Source: Lama glama
Lineage: Eukaryota
DNA: 64,000 nucleotides
Reading direction: 5' to 3'
Assembly (NCBI GenBank): GCA_028534125.1
Contig: CM052818.1
Span: forward strand, 2,854,001-2,918,000
In this document: piece after piece, positions 36,701 through 49,845 of the stretch
How positions within the stretch are numbered: the first letter of the stretch is position 1
Layout of the letters: the number at the start of each line of letters is the position of its first letter
Translations under genes and position numbers: made by a program
Notes under the pieces: generated by a model
Databases searched by the model: none
Told to the model about the DNA's origin: nothing
What the model saw: only the letters and a program-made list of their open reading frames with translations

Positions 36701-37399
36701 AGCAACAGGGACTCTGACTCCAAAGCCTGTCTTCTCTCTCTCTCACACAGAACTGGAAAATGTTCAGCACATGGAAACAAGGCTAAAATATCATAGAATC
36801 AAGCAGACTGCCTTGAAGTAAAACTGAAACCTAAAGAACTATGGAGTTATAACGATGTGAGTCATTATAAGTAATAACAATAATTGCAAAAAATAATGGA
36901 AAAGTTATTATGTGCCAGGCACTGAAATTAACTCATTACCATGAGGCAGGTGCAGGTGATTTTACAGATGACACTGAGGACTGGCTAGGTGAGATGCCTC
37001 ACTTAGGGTCTCTAATCCGGGTCTGTCTTTCTGCTTGCAGAGTCTAGTACTCCCCACCGCCCTGCCCCCTGGGGTGTGGCTGTATTAGAGACACTGCCTG
37101 GGAACACCACATGGGATGAGCTGTGTCTGCAGCTCTGCTGATTCTCAGGTGGGATGCCTGTCGGGGCTGGAACTGAAAGGACTACTCTGATGTCAAGGGC
37201 TCTCCAGTGTTTCACCGCTGTATGTCTTTCCTCCAATCCCACATCACCTCTAAGCCCATTTTCATGTCAAAGGGTGAGAGTTTCTGGCAAACAAGAGCTG
37301 TTAAACCCAGGTGTGTTTTCAGTGAAAAAACAAACAGGACTTCCCATTTGGGTAAGAGCAAATTGATGTAATTCAGACCAAATCTCCCACTGAGGATGA

Positions 37400-38829
37400 T
37401 GAGGAAAGCTGGGTAAGGCTGTAAACCCATGAGTTCATTTGATGATACTTAAACAAAACAAAACTTCATTGTTCATTTTTGGAGGATACTAGGGAATCAA
37501 CTCATTACTCTAAAATCTAGTAAATGAAAGGAAGCATATCAAGCACTTTTCCTTCCTTTACTTTACAAAATAACCAAACACTTGATAAAGAGAAGTTTCT
37601 CTTTATAGAATAGTCCAGCTAATAAGTGAAGAAGGCACAATAGAATTGGAGCATCACCATTTCACAGCCCCCAGTGGATTAATGGGTCTGGGTAATAATT
37701 TTGAGTGACTGCTAACATCACAGAAAGAGACAATCACAGTAAGTTTAAATGCCACAAAGCTTGCTGCTCTTGCTGAGATTCAGCCAGTTTTTCTTGCATA
37801 AATATATCCAGAGGTTCCCAATACAGTTGATTTTCAGAGTTCTAAAAATGTTTATTCTAATACTTTTTTCCCGTTTCATGGTTGCTTTTATGAAGGTGTG
37901 AATTTTCCAAGGTCCTTACTCTACTGTTGATAATGGCACTCAGATTTATTTATTTTTAAAATATATTTGTCCAGACATTTCATAGTAAAGGAAACACAAA
38001 GTATTCTCGAATATATAAAAAGATGCTCAATCTCAAACATAAAGTATCAAACACTTTTTGTAAACATTTACTATGAGACAATGATTGTAACTTGATATTA
38101 GTCTGTTGTCTAATTCTGATGTAATACTTGAAAAGAATGAAATAAAGATTAAGATACAGTTTCAAAAAAAAGAATAAAGAAAAAGTCTAGTATCTCTTCA
38201 GGGTAAAGATAATTGCAATGAATATATTAGTGAGTTCCCTACTAACAACAGTGTTCTTATGCAAATAGACTGATGGGCTGACCGACTGACTATGCCAGAA
38301 TATTTGAAGAGATAATAGGTGAAAACTTCCCAAATGTAATGAAAAACATTGATCTACACATTTGAGAAGCTCAATGAACTCCAAGTATAACAAATTCAAA
38401 GAGCTCCACATCTAGGCATAATAATTGAACTGTCAAACCAAGAGAAAAAAATTGTTGAGATTAGATTTCATGTTGTGTTCTTACTACAATAACAATTTTT
38501 AATTAAAAATTAAATACCTTAAAATATATAAGATTTAATTTAGAATTTTTTAAAAAGTTTTAAAGAAAGAGAAATTAAGACATTCCAAGATAAACAAGAA
38601 CTACAAGTTTGTCACTAACATAATTGCCATATGAGAAATACTAAAGGAAGCTCTTCAAGCTGAAAGAAAGAACACTAGGTAGTAATTCAAATCAATATGA
38701 AGAAACAAAGATTGCCAGGAAAAGTAACTCATAAGTAAATATAAAAGACAGCAAAAATGTTTTTTTTATTTGGAACTCTTTTTTACCTTATCTTATTTAA
38801 AAGACAACTGCATAAAACAATGCTTATAA
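37400..38829. mobile_element. Cluster of old L1 fragments including a + strand ORF1 remnant (~38295-38829)
   Basis: atatttgaagagataat...gaaaacttcccaaat...gaagctcaatgaactccaag L1 ORF1 motif, degenerate. Confidence 0.7.
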
Positions 38830-39329
38830 NNNNNNNNNNNNNNNNNNNNNNNNNNNNNNNNNNNNNNNNNNNNNNNNNNNNNNNNNNNNNNNNNNNNNNN
38901 NNNNNNNNNNNNNNNNNNNNNNNNNNNNNNNNNNNNNNNNNNNNNNNNNNNNNNNNNNNNNNNNNNNNNNNNNNNNNNNNNNNNNNNNNNNNNNNNNNNN
39001 NNNNNNNNNNNNNNNNNNNNNNNNNNNNNNNNNNNNNNNNNNNNNNNNNNNNNNNNNNNNNNNNNNNNNNNNNNNNNNNNNNNNNNNNNNNNNNNNNNNN
39101 NNNNNNNNNNNNNNNNNNNNNNNNNNNNNNNNNNNNNNNNNNNNNNNNNNNNNNNNNNNNNNNNNNNNNNNNNNNNNNNNNNNNNNNNNNNNNNNNNNNN
39201 NNNNNNNNNNNNNNNNNNNNNNNNNNNNNNNNNNNNNNNNNNNNNNNNNNNNNNNNNNNNNNNNNNNNNNNNNNNNNNNNNNNNNNNNNNNNNNNNNNNN
39301 NNNNNNNNNNNNNNNNNNNNNNNNNNNNN
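38830..39329. other. Assembly gap (500 N)
   Basis: Run of N between L1 sequences. Confidence 1.
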
Positions 39330-40863
39330 CCTGGGCCAAACCTGCCTGCTGGTTTTGGAAGGTCTCCTGGGGATGTAGGGGACAGCTGCGGCTCACCCAG
39401 GGGACATAAAAGCTGGTGGCAGATATTCTGGGGGTTTTCATCTACAAGGGCTTTCCTGGAGGCTGACATCCTGATTGGATCATTAACACAAAAACCTAGC
39501 CCCACCCAACAGCCTGTAGGGAAGCCTCAGGCTAAATAACATACTGCGTAGGAACACAGCCCCACCCATCAAAAGACTTCCTAAGCCACAAACACCTCTA
39601 GACACAGCCCTACCCCTCAGAGGTCTAGGACCAAGCTTCACCCAGCAGTGAGCAGGCATCGACTGCTCCTGCCAGGAAACCAGCATAAGCCTCTAGTCCA
39701 GCCTCATCCACCAGGGGGCAGGTACCAGAAATCAGAAAAGAACAATCCCAAAGCCTGTGGAAGGAATCCACAAACATAGGCCAGACTCTACACTGGCCCT
39801 TGGGTGATGACAGGGAAGTGTACTGATGGGACACGTAGGATGTCTTCCACCTCTCCAAGGTTAAGAAACATAATGAATCTACCTAAAAACACAAATAGAA
39901 AGATAGAAAATATGAGACAATGGAGGAATATCTCCCAGGCCAAGGCACAAGATAAAATCCCAGAAGAAGAAATAAGTAATGAGGAGATGGGCAATTTATC
40001 TGAGAAAGAGTTTAAAGTAATGATGATGAAGATGTTCAGAGAACTGAAGAGGAATATAGATACACAGAGTGAAGTTTTTAGCAAAGAGTCAGAAAATATT
40101 ATGAATACTCAGAGTAGAAGAATAAAATCACTGAAGTGAATAACACACTAGAAGGAACCAAGAATAGACTAAATGAGGCAGAAGAATGGATCAATGAGCT
40201 AGAAGACAGAATAGTGGAAATCTTTACTGCAGAACAGAAAAAAGAAAAAGAGGGAAAAGAAATGAGGATAGTTTAAGAGAACTCTGGACAACATAAAGTG
40301 CACTAATATTCACATTACAAGGGTCTCAGAAAGAGAAGAAAGAGAGAAAGGACCTGAGAAAATTTTTGGATAGATAATAACTAAAAAATTCCCCAACTTG
40401 GGAAAGGAAACAGTTACCCAAGTCCAGGAAATGCAGAGTTCCACACAGGATCAACCCAAAGAGGAACACACCACGGCACATAGTAATCAAATTGACTAAA
40501 GTTAAGGATAAGGAAAAAATATTAAAATCAGCAAGAGAAAAGCAACAAATAACATACAAGGGAGCTCCCATAAGGTTATCAGCTGATTTTTCAGCAGAAA
40601 CTCTACAGGCCAGAAGGGTGTGGCACAATATATTTAAAGTGATGAAAGGGAAAAACTTACAACCAAGAATACTCTATCCAGCAAGGCTCTCGTTCAGATT
40701 TGATGGGGAAATCAAAAGCTTCACAGATAAACAAAAGCTAAAAGAATTCAGCACCACCAAACCAGCTTTACAACAAATGTTAAAGGAACTTCTCTAGTCT
40801 TCAAATCACAAGAAATTAGAACAAAAAGAAGAAAGAGAGAAAAAAAAAAAAAGACCTACAAAA
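39330..40863 (+). mobile_element. LINE-1 5' UTR, disrupted ORF1 (ATG 39912 to TAG 40797) and inter-ORF A-rich spacer
   Basis: ORF1p peptides NLSEKEFKVMMMKM and ITYKGAPIRLSADFSAETLQARR...QPRILYPARLSF...LKEFSTTKPALQQMLKELL. Frameshifts or stops lie between them. Confidence 0.95.
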
Positions 40864-41690
40864 GATTGCTTTGGCAGTTCAGGATTTTTTATGGTTCCAT
40901 ATAAATTTTGGAATTGTTTGTTCGTAAAAAGAATATCTTTCCATTTATGTATGTCTTTTTGTTTCTTTCATCAATGTCTTATATTTTTCAGTGTATAGAT
41001 ATTTCATCTCCTTGATTAAATTTACTCCTAAATGTTTTATTCACCTTTTGCTATTGTAAATGAAATTGTTTTCTTAATTTCTCTGACAGTTTGTTGTTAT
41101 GGTGTATAGAAAAGCAGCAGATTTATGCATATTAATTTTGTATCCTGCAACTTTACTGAATTCATTGATGAATTCTAGTAGTTTTTGGTGGTGTCTGTAG
41201 GATTTTCTATATAGTGTATCATCATCTGTGTCAATAGTGAATGTTTTACATCTTCATTTACAATTTGTCTCTCCTTTTTTTTTTTTTTGCTTGTCTGATT
41301 GCTGTGGCTAGGACTTTCAATAATATTTAGAATAAAAGTATGAAAGTAGGCATTTTGTTTTGTTCCTGATCTTAGATGAACTGCTTTTAGCTTTTCATCC
41401 TTGAGTAAAATGTTGGCTGTAGGTGTGTCATACATGGCTTTTATTATGTTAAGCTGTGTTTCCTCTATACCCAGTTTGTTGAGAGTTTTCATCATAAATG
41501 GATACTGAACTTTGTCCTGTCATTTTCCTGCAACTATTGAGATGATCAGATGATTTTTATCTTTCATTTTGTTAACATGGTATATCATGTTGATTGATTG
41601 ATTAATGTTGAACTATTCTTGCATCCCTGGAATAAATCATGTTTGATCTTGTTATATGATTCTTTTAATGCATTCCTTAGTAATGCTCCA
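40864..41690 (-). mobile_element. LINE-1 ORF2 reverse-transcriptase region fragment, antisense, disrupted
   Basis: MMKTLNKLGIEETQLNIIKAMYDTPTANI...LRSGTKQ and IHYIENP, typical L1 ORF2p motifs. Confidence 0.92.
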
Positions 41691-41734
41691 AATAAAACAT
41701 AATTCTCAACTTTTAGGTTGTGCAGTTTTTCAGT

Positions 41735-42035
41735 TGACACAAAATAAATAAGTTCTGGAAATCTATAATACAGCATTGTGTCTATACCTAAGAATACAGT
41801 ACTGTATACCTAGAATTTGCTGAAAGAGTAGTTCTTACATTAAATGTTCTTACCACATACACACACACACAAAGGGTGTGGGAGAAAACTTTGGGAGGTG
41901 ATGAATATATCTGTGGCCTTGATGGTATGATGGTTTCACAGGTATATACTAACACTCAAACTAGAATTGTATACATTAAATATGTATAGCTTTTTACAAG
42001 TCAATCATACCTCCATAAATGCTTATATTTAAAAC
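41735..42035 (+). mobile_element. L1MA-like 3' UTR fragment
   Basis: aataagttctggaaatcta...aatttgctgaaagagtag...atggtttcacaggtatatac...gtcaatcatacctc. Confidence 0.8.
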
Positions 42036-42039
42036 AATG

Positions 42040-42470
42040 TACTGACTTTACACAACAACAACCATTTTATTATCTTCCTTGGTTTTTGTGGGTCAGAAAT
42101 GCAGAAAGGGCTTATCTCTGTTTCTGGGGTCTCAATCAATTGTAGTTGGATGGTGAGTGGAGCTGGAACATCAGGGAACTAGAGCAGCTAAGGGCTGACC
42201 AGGCATTCATATAGTCTTCTCTTCATACAGTTTTGGGACCTCTCTATGTGGTCTCTCCACATAGGCTAATTTGGGCTTCCTCACAGTATGGCAACTAAAG
42301 TCTAAAAGAATAAATATTCCAGTGAGCCAGGTTGAAGCTGCATCGCCACTTGTGACCTGCCTAGGAAGTCACACAGCATACAAGCCAATCCAGATTCAGA
42401 GAAAGGAAAACCAGTCTCTATGTATTAATGGGGCAGTGGCAAAGTCACATTGTAGAGGAACATGTGGGAT
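42040..42470 (-). mobile_element. MLT1/MLT2-like LTR fragment
   Basis: ccattttattatct...tgtgggtcagaaatgcagaaaggg...gggcttcctcacagtatggc. Confidence 0.7.
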
Positions 42471-42474
42471 TTGA

Positions 42475-43300
42475 ATTGGGAATGCAATCCAATTTGGAGA
42501 GAATTGCTATTTAAACAACATTATATGTTTTAATCCATGAACATGGTATATTTCTCCATTTATTTTGGTTTTAACATTTTTTTCTCTTCAATACTTCCTA
42601 GTTTTCAATGTAGAGATCTTGAATATCTTCTGTTATATATATTTCCATCTATGTATTTGATGATTTTGATGTTGTTGTACTTAGTATTTTTACTTCATTT
42701 TAAATAGTTTATTACCAGTACATAGAAATTAACTGATTTTTATATTGACCTTGTATTCTGCATTCTTGCTAAAGTCACTTATTAATTCTAATTTTTCGTA
42801 CATTCTATTGAGTTGTATACATATACAATCATGTCATCTACAAATAATGAAAGTTTTACCCCAAGTTTTATACTCTACTCCTGCCTCCAAGACTTTTAGT
42901 GTTATGTTGAATAGAAAGGTTGACAATGGACATTGCCTTGTTCTCAATCATGCAGGGAAAACATTCATTATTTCACCATTAATTATAATATAAGCTGTAG
43001 GTTTTCTGAAATATACTTTAGTCAGATTAAAATCTTGTATTCCTAGTTTGCTGAGAGTTTTACCATGAATCTACATTCAATTTTATCCATTTTTTCTTTC
43101 GTCTATTGAAATTTTTTCCCTCTATTTTGCTAATATACTACTTGCATTGATGTTTGCAGTGTTAAAACAAGTTTACATCTCTGGATAAATCCCATTTAGT
43201 CAAGATGTATTATCTTTTAAAATACATTTTCTGGATTCTACTTGCTAAATTTTATTTAGAATTTTTTATTTTTATAGGAGATATTGACCCATAACTGACA
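42475..43300 (-). mobile_element. Older L1 (L1M) ORF2 fragment, antisense
   Basis: Degenerate antisense ORF2 text (ccatgaacatggtatatttctccattt...gacattgccttgttctcaatc...tcctagtttgctgagagtttt). Confidence 0.8.
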
Positions 43301-46300
43301 TAATTGTTAATAGTGCCTCCCTTCACTCTAAATAGGATAAATTAAATGATCACCCTAATAAATACTGTAACTTCTTGCATTTTATTATGAAGTTGTAACC
43401 TTCCTGAGTTTTTCTCCTGTGTCTACAATAGATTATTTCAGTCTTCAGAATTATATTCCCTTTTCTTTGTTCTGTAGAATTTTTTACGTATGCCCAGTTT
43501 TGAGGTATGAACAGTAGGACTGGGTTTTTTTTTTTTCTCACCTCCGACTAAGATGAAGTCTTTCCAGACTAGATGTTGGTCATCAGTGAGTGTAATTGTG
43601 TTGCCCTTGGCCACACTGCCAGTCCACTGTGTGGTGAGCATCTCCTCTGCAGACCTGGAGTGCAACTGAATGTGCATAGTGTCTGGAGCAATTTTCAGTT
43701 TCTAGCAGGCATGCATCTACCATGGCTCCATTCCACTGAGACAGCAATTTCCTCTACCCGCTTCTCTATTACTCTGACCCACAGAGTCACCTGCAAAACT
43801 GCAGCTGATACTGCGTACTGCTATTAGGGATCTTCCTGTCTCCACCCCTGCCTCTAGTGTTTAACTTGTAAATACTGCACCTCCCAGGAGACAGTACAAA
43901 ATTGCTGGTTCTCTTTCCTCCCACCTCTCCCTGACATATACACACACTTCCTGACCAGTTATTTCCTGGGTGGTGCTACCTCCAAATGAATGTAGTATTA
44001 GCATTCTCAAAAAAGCAGCCTTTCATGTTCTAGCTGGTACAGATCTTGGATCTCTGTATCTGTAACAAAAAGTGGGGGCAGCTGGCTTCCCAATGGGCTC
44101 AATGACATGAGACATGACCTGGATAGATTTGTACCAATCCACCGTGTCCCACTTTATAATTAATGAAAATGCCTCCTGAAATCTAATTAAGCCATTGTTT
44201 GGATTAAAATTTCTAGTGTTCTTTTGAGTTCCTGTCTTTTTCTGTTTTCATAAACAACATAAGGGAAGTTGGGAGAGGCTGCCTCATACACTTCTAGCCA
44301 AATGGTATTAAAGCCAGAAGTCATTTCCTTGTGGCTACCTGTTTTTTTTATATATGTGTTTAGATCTGTCATTAGAGAGAGAAGTGAGGTGTCAGAAATC
44401 TCTGAAATAGGACTGTTTGCTTTTGGTTTGGCATGAATGGCATAAGGAAATTGAGTCCAAACCTCAGAGAATGCCATTATCTCATCACTGCTAAGTGAGC
44501 TATTTCCACAGGACCTGTTTTTCTGTACACACATCAGATGTCACTGCATTGACTTCAGCACAAAGAGACTCCCTCTCCTGGCTCTCTTCCCCCAGGCCCC
44601 TCTTGACAAGTCACGTTCTCTAGCCGCTGGACCACTCTTTCCCAGCAGTTGAGACCTCCACTCACCACTATGTTCTCTGCAAAGTGAAAGCTCCAGTCCC
44701 GGGTGCTTGTCTCTCAAATCTCCTTCCTGGGTTTATTCTTTCAAAAAAATTTGATCACGCGGTTACAGCTGGGAAAATGCAAGAGGAAGGGGTGGTCTGG
44801 TGGGACCCTCCCCACCAGAGGTGGAGGGTGAACACTTGATTAAGGTGCTTAATCTGCAAGGGCTCGAGACCTACTCCTGGTAAAAGTCAGTCTTCCCTTT
44901 ATTCTTACCTTTAGGAAAACAAAACAAAACAACTCTGTTTTTCAAAAATTGTGATTTCAGACTCACAGGGCTAACACTGATTCCTCAAAAATATGTTGGG
45001 TGGTGATAGTTTTATAATTTCATTTTGGTAGAAGTTGGCAAAAAGAGGGTTTGGGGGTCTTGAAAGACTCAAGGAATTTTCAAAGATTAATTCACCCATT
45101 CATTGAATGAATACTCGATTGTACTAGGTAGATTTCTAATAGGGAAAGGTGAACATAAAACCAACAATTGTGGAAGTCCTTGTGCAATTATAATTGTGGT
45201 GTGGGTATAATAGTTATGGATTTAGAAGAAGGAAGAGATCCTTTGCTTCTACTAAGTCAAATTAAATCTCCCTGGAGAAGCCACTTGCCCGGGTTGATGA
45301 AGTTCACCCTGGTGATCCCTGCTACCCTTGAGCTGATGTCATACTGGGTCCCCATCCTCAGGCTCGGTGGCTCCCACTTGGCCGACATGGCCCTGCAGTA
45401 GTGGTCCATTCTTCCAGACCATTCTCCATTCTAACTATGTTTGATCAATGAGGGTCCCCAGCAAGAGCCCAAGTTTGCAGACTTAGCAGTTGTCTGTCTA
45501 GGCCTTGACACCCCAGAGAAGATGGTGCTGTGTGGCCGGGCTTATAGAATCAGCAACCTTCTCCTCCAGCTCCGATCCCTCATGGTTGCAATGCCCAACT
45601 TGGCTCCCACTCCCACCCAGGAGGGCCTTGGTCTTCACATCCAGCTGGAGATCCTTCCACTTAACACTCCAGGATCCTTGTAAGCCCCAGATAGCCTAGT
45701 GAGGGGTGGGCGGGATGGAAGGACATCTGTATCTGCATTTTGTCTGAGATGCAGACAAAAGAAAGGCAATGAGTGCCCTTGAGAAGCCTGCAGGATACTC
45801 TCAGAGCTTATGGGTGGCCCTGACCATGTGTGATGAAATCAGAGGAGGCTGCCTGGAGGAAGTGATATTTAAGTGAGCCATGAAGGGGAGTAGGAGTGAA
45901 CCAGGGAAGTTTTAGTCCTGGTGGCGTGGAAGGCTTTGTGTGTGTGTGTGTATCTTGAAAATGTAGTAAGGGTGGGAAATTTATTAAGGATGACATTTTG
46001 ATTGTGAGTATAGCTTGGTGAGAAGGGCTACTTCAACTGAATCTCACATTTAGTTGTTTCTTATCTTCTTGGGACTTTTGGAGACATTGCCAATAGAACA
46101 GGTACTGGTTTGTACTTCCCAGCAGAATTTGGCATGAGTCAAGGAGTTGGGAGATGTCTCCCCAGTTTTTGGTTGTTTAGAAGAATCTACAGAGGTAAGT
46201 CCATTAAACATGTTCCAGACTCTCCTTTCTTCTGACTTTGATTTCTTTCAAATCAGTCACCACCACCATGCATGTGAGAACACGTTTGGTGTTGGGACTC

Positions 46301-47149
46301 CTGTGTGTGGAGCTCTGCACAGGTAGAGCCCCTCCCAAAGGGAGGCATACACATCATTCCCCATTCTCTTAGTCACCAGGCTCTCTATCCACCTCCTATG
46401 TAGATTTTTTTGGCTGGAATGCTTTCAAACAGTTTTTTTTTTTAATTGTTCCTTTCTCTTTTTTCCCACTAGTTTTAAAAAATAAGAAAGGGGTAGAGCC
46501 AGCTTTCTTTTCAGAATGAAAATGCAGAATAAATGGGAAAATGACAGTATTGAACCTTCCCAAGTTTGAGCCTCTACAAATAATGCAACTTCTATATTTT
46601 CAACAGCCCTTCTGCATACGATCCATCTTCTCTGACTTGGTTCCAAGTTCTATCTTTGTTCCCAATTATGCCAATTCTATTGTCATTTAAAAAGAAAAAG
46701 CCAGCTTAGTTGTTGTCAGAAACTGCTATGGAGCCCACCCACTCCAGGACCCAGCTAACTGCAGAGAAGATGGAGGGAAATGTGAGCAGGACACAGATAT
46801 GACGCGGGAGGGCTACTTCGTCAGTCTGTGAATCTGGTTGTTAACATTTCTGTTATCTCCTGACAATGACTCCTGACTGTTATTTTCAGGAGAAATAGGG
46901 GGGTTCCTTTCTTTTTCATGCAGCTAGTACATAAAACAGCCATCTCATCAGCTGAGCTGGCAGGGAGGATCCAGTGAGCCCAAGAGAGCGCTGAGATCTG
47001 AATAGTTAATTTCACAGCAGGACTGTCTTCATTTCTCCTTGCCAAGGGTCCTAGTGCTGGTAATGTTCTTCTCCAGAGAGATGGCCCTGCAAGAGAGAGG
47101 CACTGACCCTTGTTTAGCTTGTGGTAAGTATAATCCAGGGCCCACTCTG

Positions 47150-47345
47150 GGCCAGTCCCTGGATTTGAAGTTTCGATTCTTGCTCTGGTACTTCCTGATT
47201 GTGTGACCCTAAACAAATCACTTAATTTCTCTGAGTCTCAGTTTACATATCTGTAAAATGGGGATACATTAGTGGCTTCACCACACATAGTTGATGTAAG
47301 GATCAAATGAGATAATTATGCAGAAGCTCTTTGTAAGTGGTACCA
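47150..47345 (+). mobile_element. MIR SINE
   Basis: tgtgtgaccctaaacaaatcacttaatttctctgagtctcagtttacatatctgtaaaatggg. Confidence 0.8.
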
Positions 47346-48161
47346 TGAGAGGGAATAGCTGGTTATCTTATTCAGTGTGATCCAACCACCATACCATGGA
47401 ATCTTCTCCACCTGGAGGTCCCGTCTAGGGGGATTCCAAGGTCTCACCCAACTAAGAAAGCAAGTCACTTGGCAGATCCCTGTCTGGCATCAGGAGACCC
47501 ATGACAGCTGGCAGGCCAGATCTCTTGTGTTACGTAGGTGAAGGACCCAGCAAGAGACACCATGGGCAGGCACATTTGTGCTCAGATCTGTGGTGCTGTT
47601 TCAGACAGAGGTAAAGGCTGGGTCGTGGGTAAGAACCAGATTATGCTGAACAGCTTACTGCTATATTTGTACACATGTACCCTCAAGCTTATAAGAATGA
47701 TCACAGGAAACAATTATTAAAAACCAGAGGTCCAGTCACACTAGAGTAAGAAATAGAATAACAGCATAAAATATCTTTCAGACCAGGATAGAAGTCAAAG
47801 GATTTTTGTTATTGTGAATTTAACATGCATACACACTAAAAGGGAAAAGAGATTGAGTGAATTATGGGAATCACTGAATAAAGGCCAACTAAACTTAGAT
47901 TTTCTTTTAATTAAAAAAGATAAAATGCCAACATACTCTCTTAAAACTAAGGATCAAATATTAACTCTTACTCATTAAAATTAAATAAGAAATCATTTGA
48001 AGGGTCAGTCTCTTATACTGCTGGTAAATAGAAGAAGAAAGTGAGAGACGGGCAGAGTAAGGAAAAAAGGAACAGGAAAGCTGGCTGGAGCATGAGGCAG
48101 GGTAAGGGGCGCCTGGGAGACAGAAAGGAGGACCAGCTGAAAGAAACTGCTCTTGTCACTT

Positions 48162-48757
48162 TGTTACCAATTTGGTTGACTGGACCCACACTGGGGTCCT
48201 AGCCTGAGCCCAGGCCCCTTGTCTCAGCTGGGGAGGATTTTACTGATTGTATTCCCCCAGCCAATAGTGAACCTGATGCTGAGACCAGAACAGCCAAGAA
48301 AGGACAAAGGATGGAGAAGAGGGAACCTAGTTCACAAATCAATTTCTCAATCCAGTTCGGGCAGAGACATCAAATATACAGGAGGGTCGAAGAAAAAGGG
48401 AAGGAATTGGAAAGAGTGGGAGGAATATCTATGGGTTATATGAGAACAGGGGTGTGGTTTGGACCTGGAACTGACGCAGCCCTCCTTTTCAGTCCTTGTA
48501 TGGGCTTGTCCCACTGTTGTCATGGCAACTGTCAACTGTCATGGCTCCGGTGGGTGTGTCATTCAGCAGCTGCTGTATAACAATGAGCCTATAACGAGAC
48601 TCAAGCTCTACTGGAAGTCAAATCTTGGGCCTAGTTAATTCTAACCAGTTCTCATTTTTTTCTCTTTGCAGCTTCCTCCTGAAACTTAGATAAGAGTAAT
48701 TGGTTTCTATTAAAATGAGGGCAGGGGTGTGATTCTGGGGCAACAGCCTTAGTAACA
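48162..48757 (-). mobile_element. ERV1-type solo LTR (596 bp) with terminal inverted repeats and 4-bp TSD
   Basis: Begins TGTTAC and ends GTAACA, with ACTT on both sides (48158-48161 and 48758-48761). Strand inferred from minus-strand TATA-like and AGTAAA-like motifs and is less certain. Confidence 0.85.
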
Positions 48758-49599
48758 ACTTGAAGCATGGACATCCAAGTAAGTTATTACGAACTTTTAG
48801 TTTTCCAATTATTTCTCAGAGCCTAGAAATACCTCATCTCCCTGTTTTAGGAATAAATGCTTGTTTCCATTGGAACCCTTGAAAGTCTGTAATATGTGAA
48901 GGAACGGCTTAAATTGCAGATATTTTCTTCGTGTAATCTTAGTTATATCTTAAAATCTGTTGGCTTACTTTTTTCTATGCTCCTGTTGGTGGCTAATAAA
49001 AACTCAATGGAGAGAAAGAAGTGGGAATGTCCTGCCTCACTGAATAGCTATTCCACTTCTTTGTGTCAGATCTTCAGCGATTCAACTCGGAAAAGCATCC
49101 TTACAAAAGTTGACTGAGGAATCCTTAGGACCTGAAATATGACAAGTAAATATCAGTTCAGATATTTGCCTCTAATGATGTTAGCAACAGGTTGGATTTG
49201 ATAGGCCAGAGGCTGGTAATGTTGATATAAATTAGTGGTCTCACCTTTCCCCTTTCCATATCGTCCACACGCACACCACACTCCTGCTGGGGACGTCTGT
49301 CATCACAGGTGGCCGTTCTCAATCTCTCACTGCTAGAACAGCACATCAGACCCCATGGGCAGGTCAGATGTGGAGCGCAAAAGCCCCTCCCCAACGTTTC
49401 TACGTCCAACCCATTTGATAGTTACTGATATTACAGTAGTTACTCGAGAACAAGCCAGCATCAGACAGAAAATCGCTCTCACTGCAAGCGGTGCTTTGCC
49501 AGTCCTGCACAGGCACCAGTTTAGCCTCATCTTCCTGAACTGGAAAAACACTGCAACTGCCTATTCCATATGAGGCGACAATAGTTGTGAGTCACGGCA

Positions 49600-49845
49600 G
49601 TGACAAACATCTTGCATTGAATGGTTTCCATGCATCAGGCTCTGATGACACCCTTAACACACGTCATCTCATTTAACCTTTCTTAATGACTCTATGCACT
49701 GAGTGTTATGATTATCCCCATTTTATAAGAAAGAAAAGTGGCAATCAAAAAGGTTTAGAAAGTTGTCCTTGGGTCATTAGTGCCAGGGCTAGGATTTGAA
49801 CCCAGAAACTCTGGAAGTCCGCACAATTTCCACCATGCCACTGTG
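49600..49845 (-). mobile_element. MIR SINE
   Basis: attatccccatttttataag...gctaggatttgaacccag. Confidence 0.75.

Noticed and set aside
38757..39539. Long ORFs spanning the N runs (also 23151-23492)
   Set aside because: Artefacts of translating through assembly gaps.
40748..40767. REST/NRSE-like TTCAGCACC motif (similar half-sites near 18621, 22853 and 57802)
   Set aside because: Half-sites only, without a correctly spaced GGACAG. This one is ordinary L1 ORF1 coding sequence.
40492..40797. 101-aa ORF with clear protein homology
   Set aside because: C-terminal part of L1 ORF1p in a frameshifted copy, not a host gene.
40864..42035. Twin-priming inversion formed by the antisense ORF2 piece and the downstream sense 3' UTR piece
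   Set aside because: The pieces are far apart on the L1 consensus and no shared TSD was found. More likely separate insertions.
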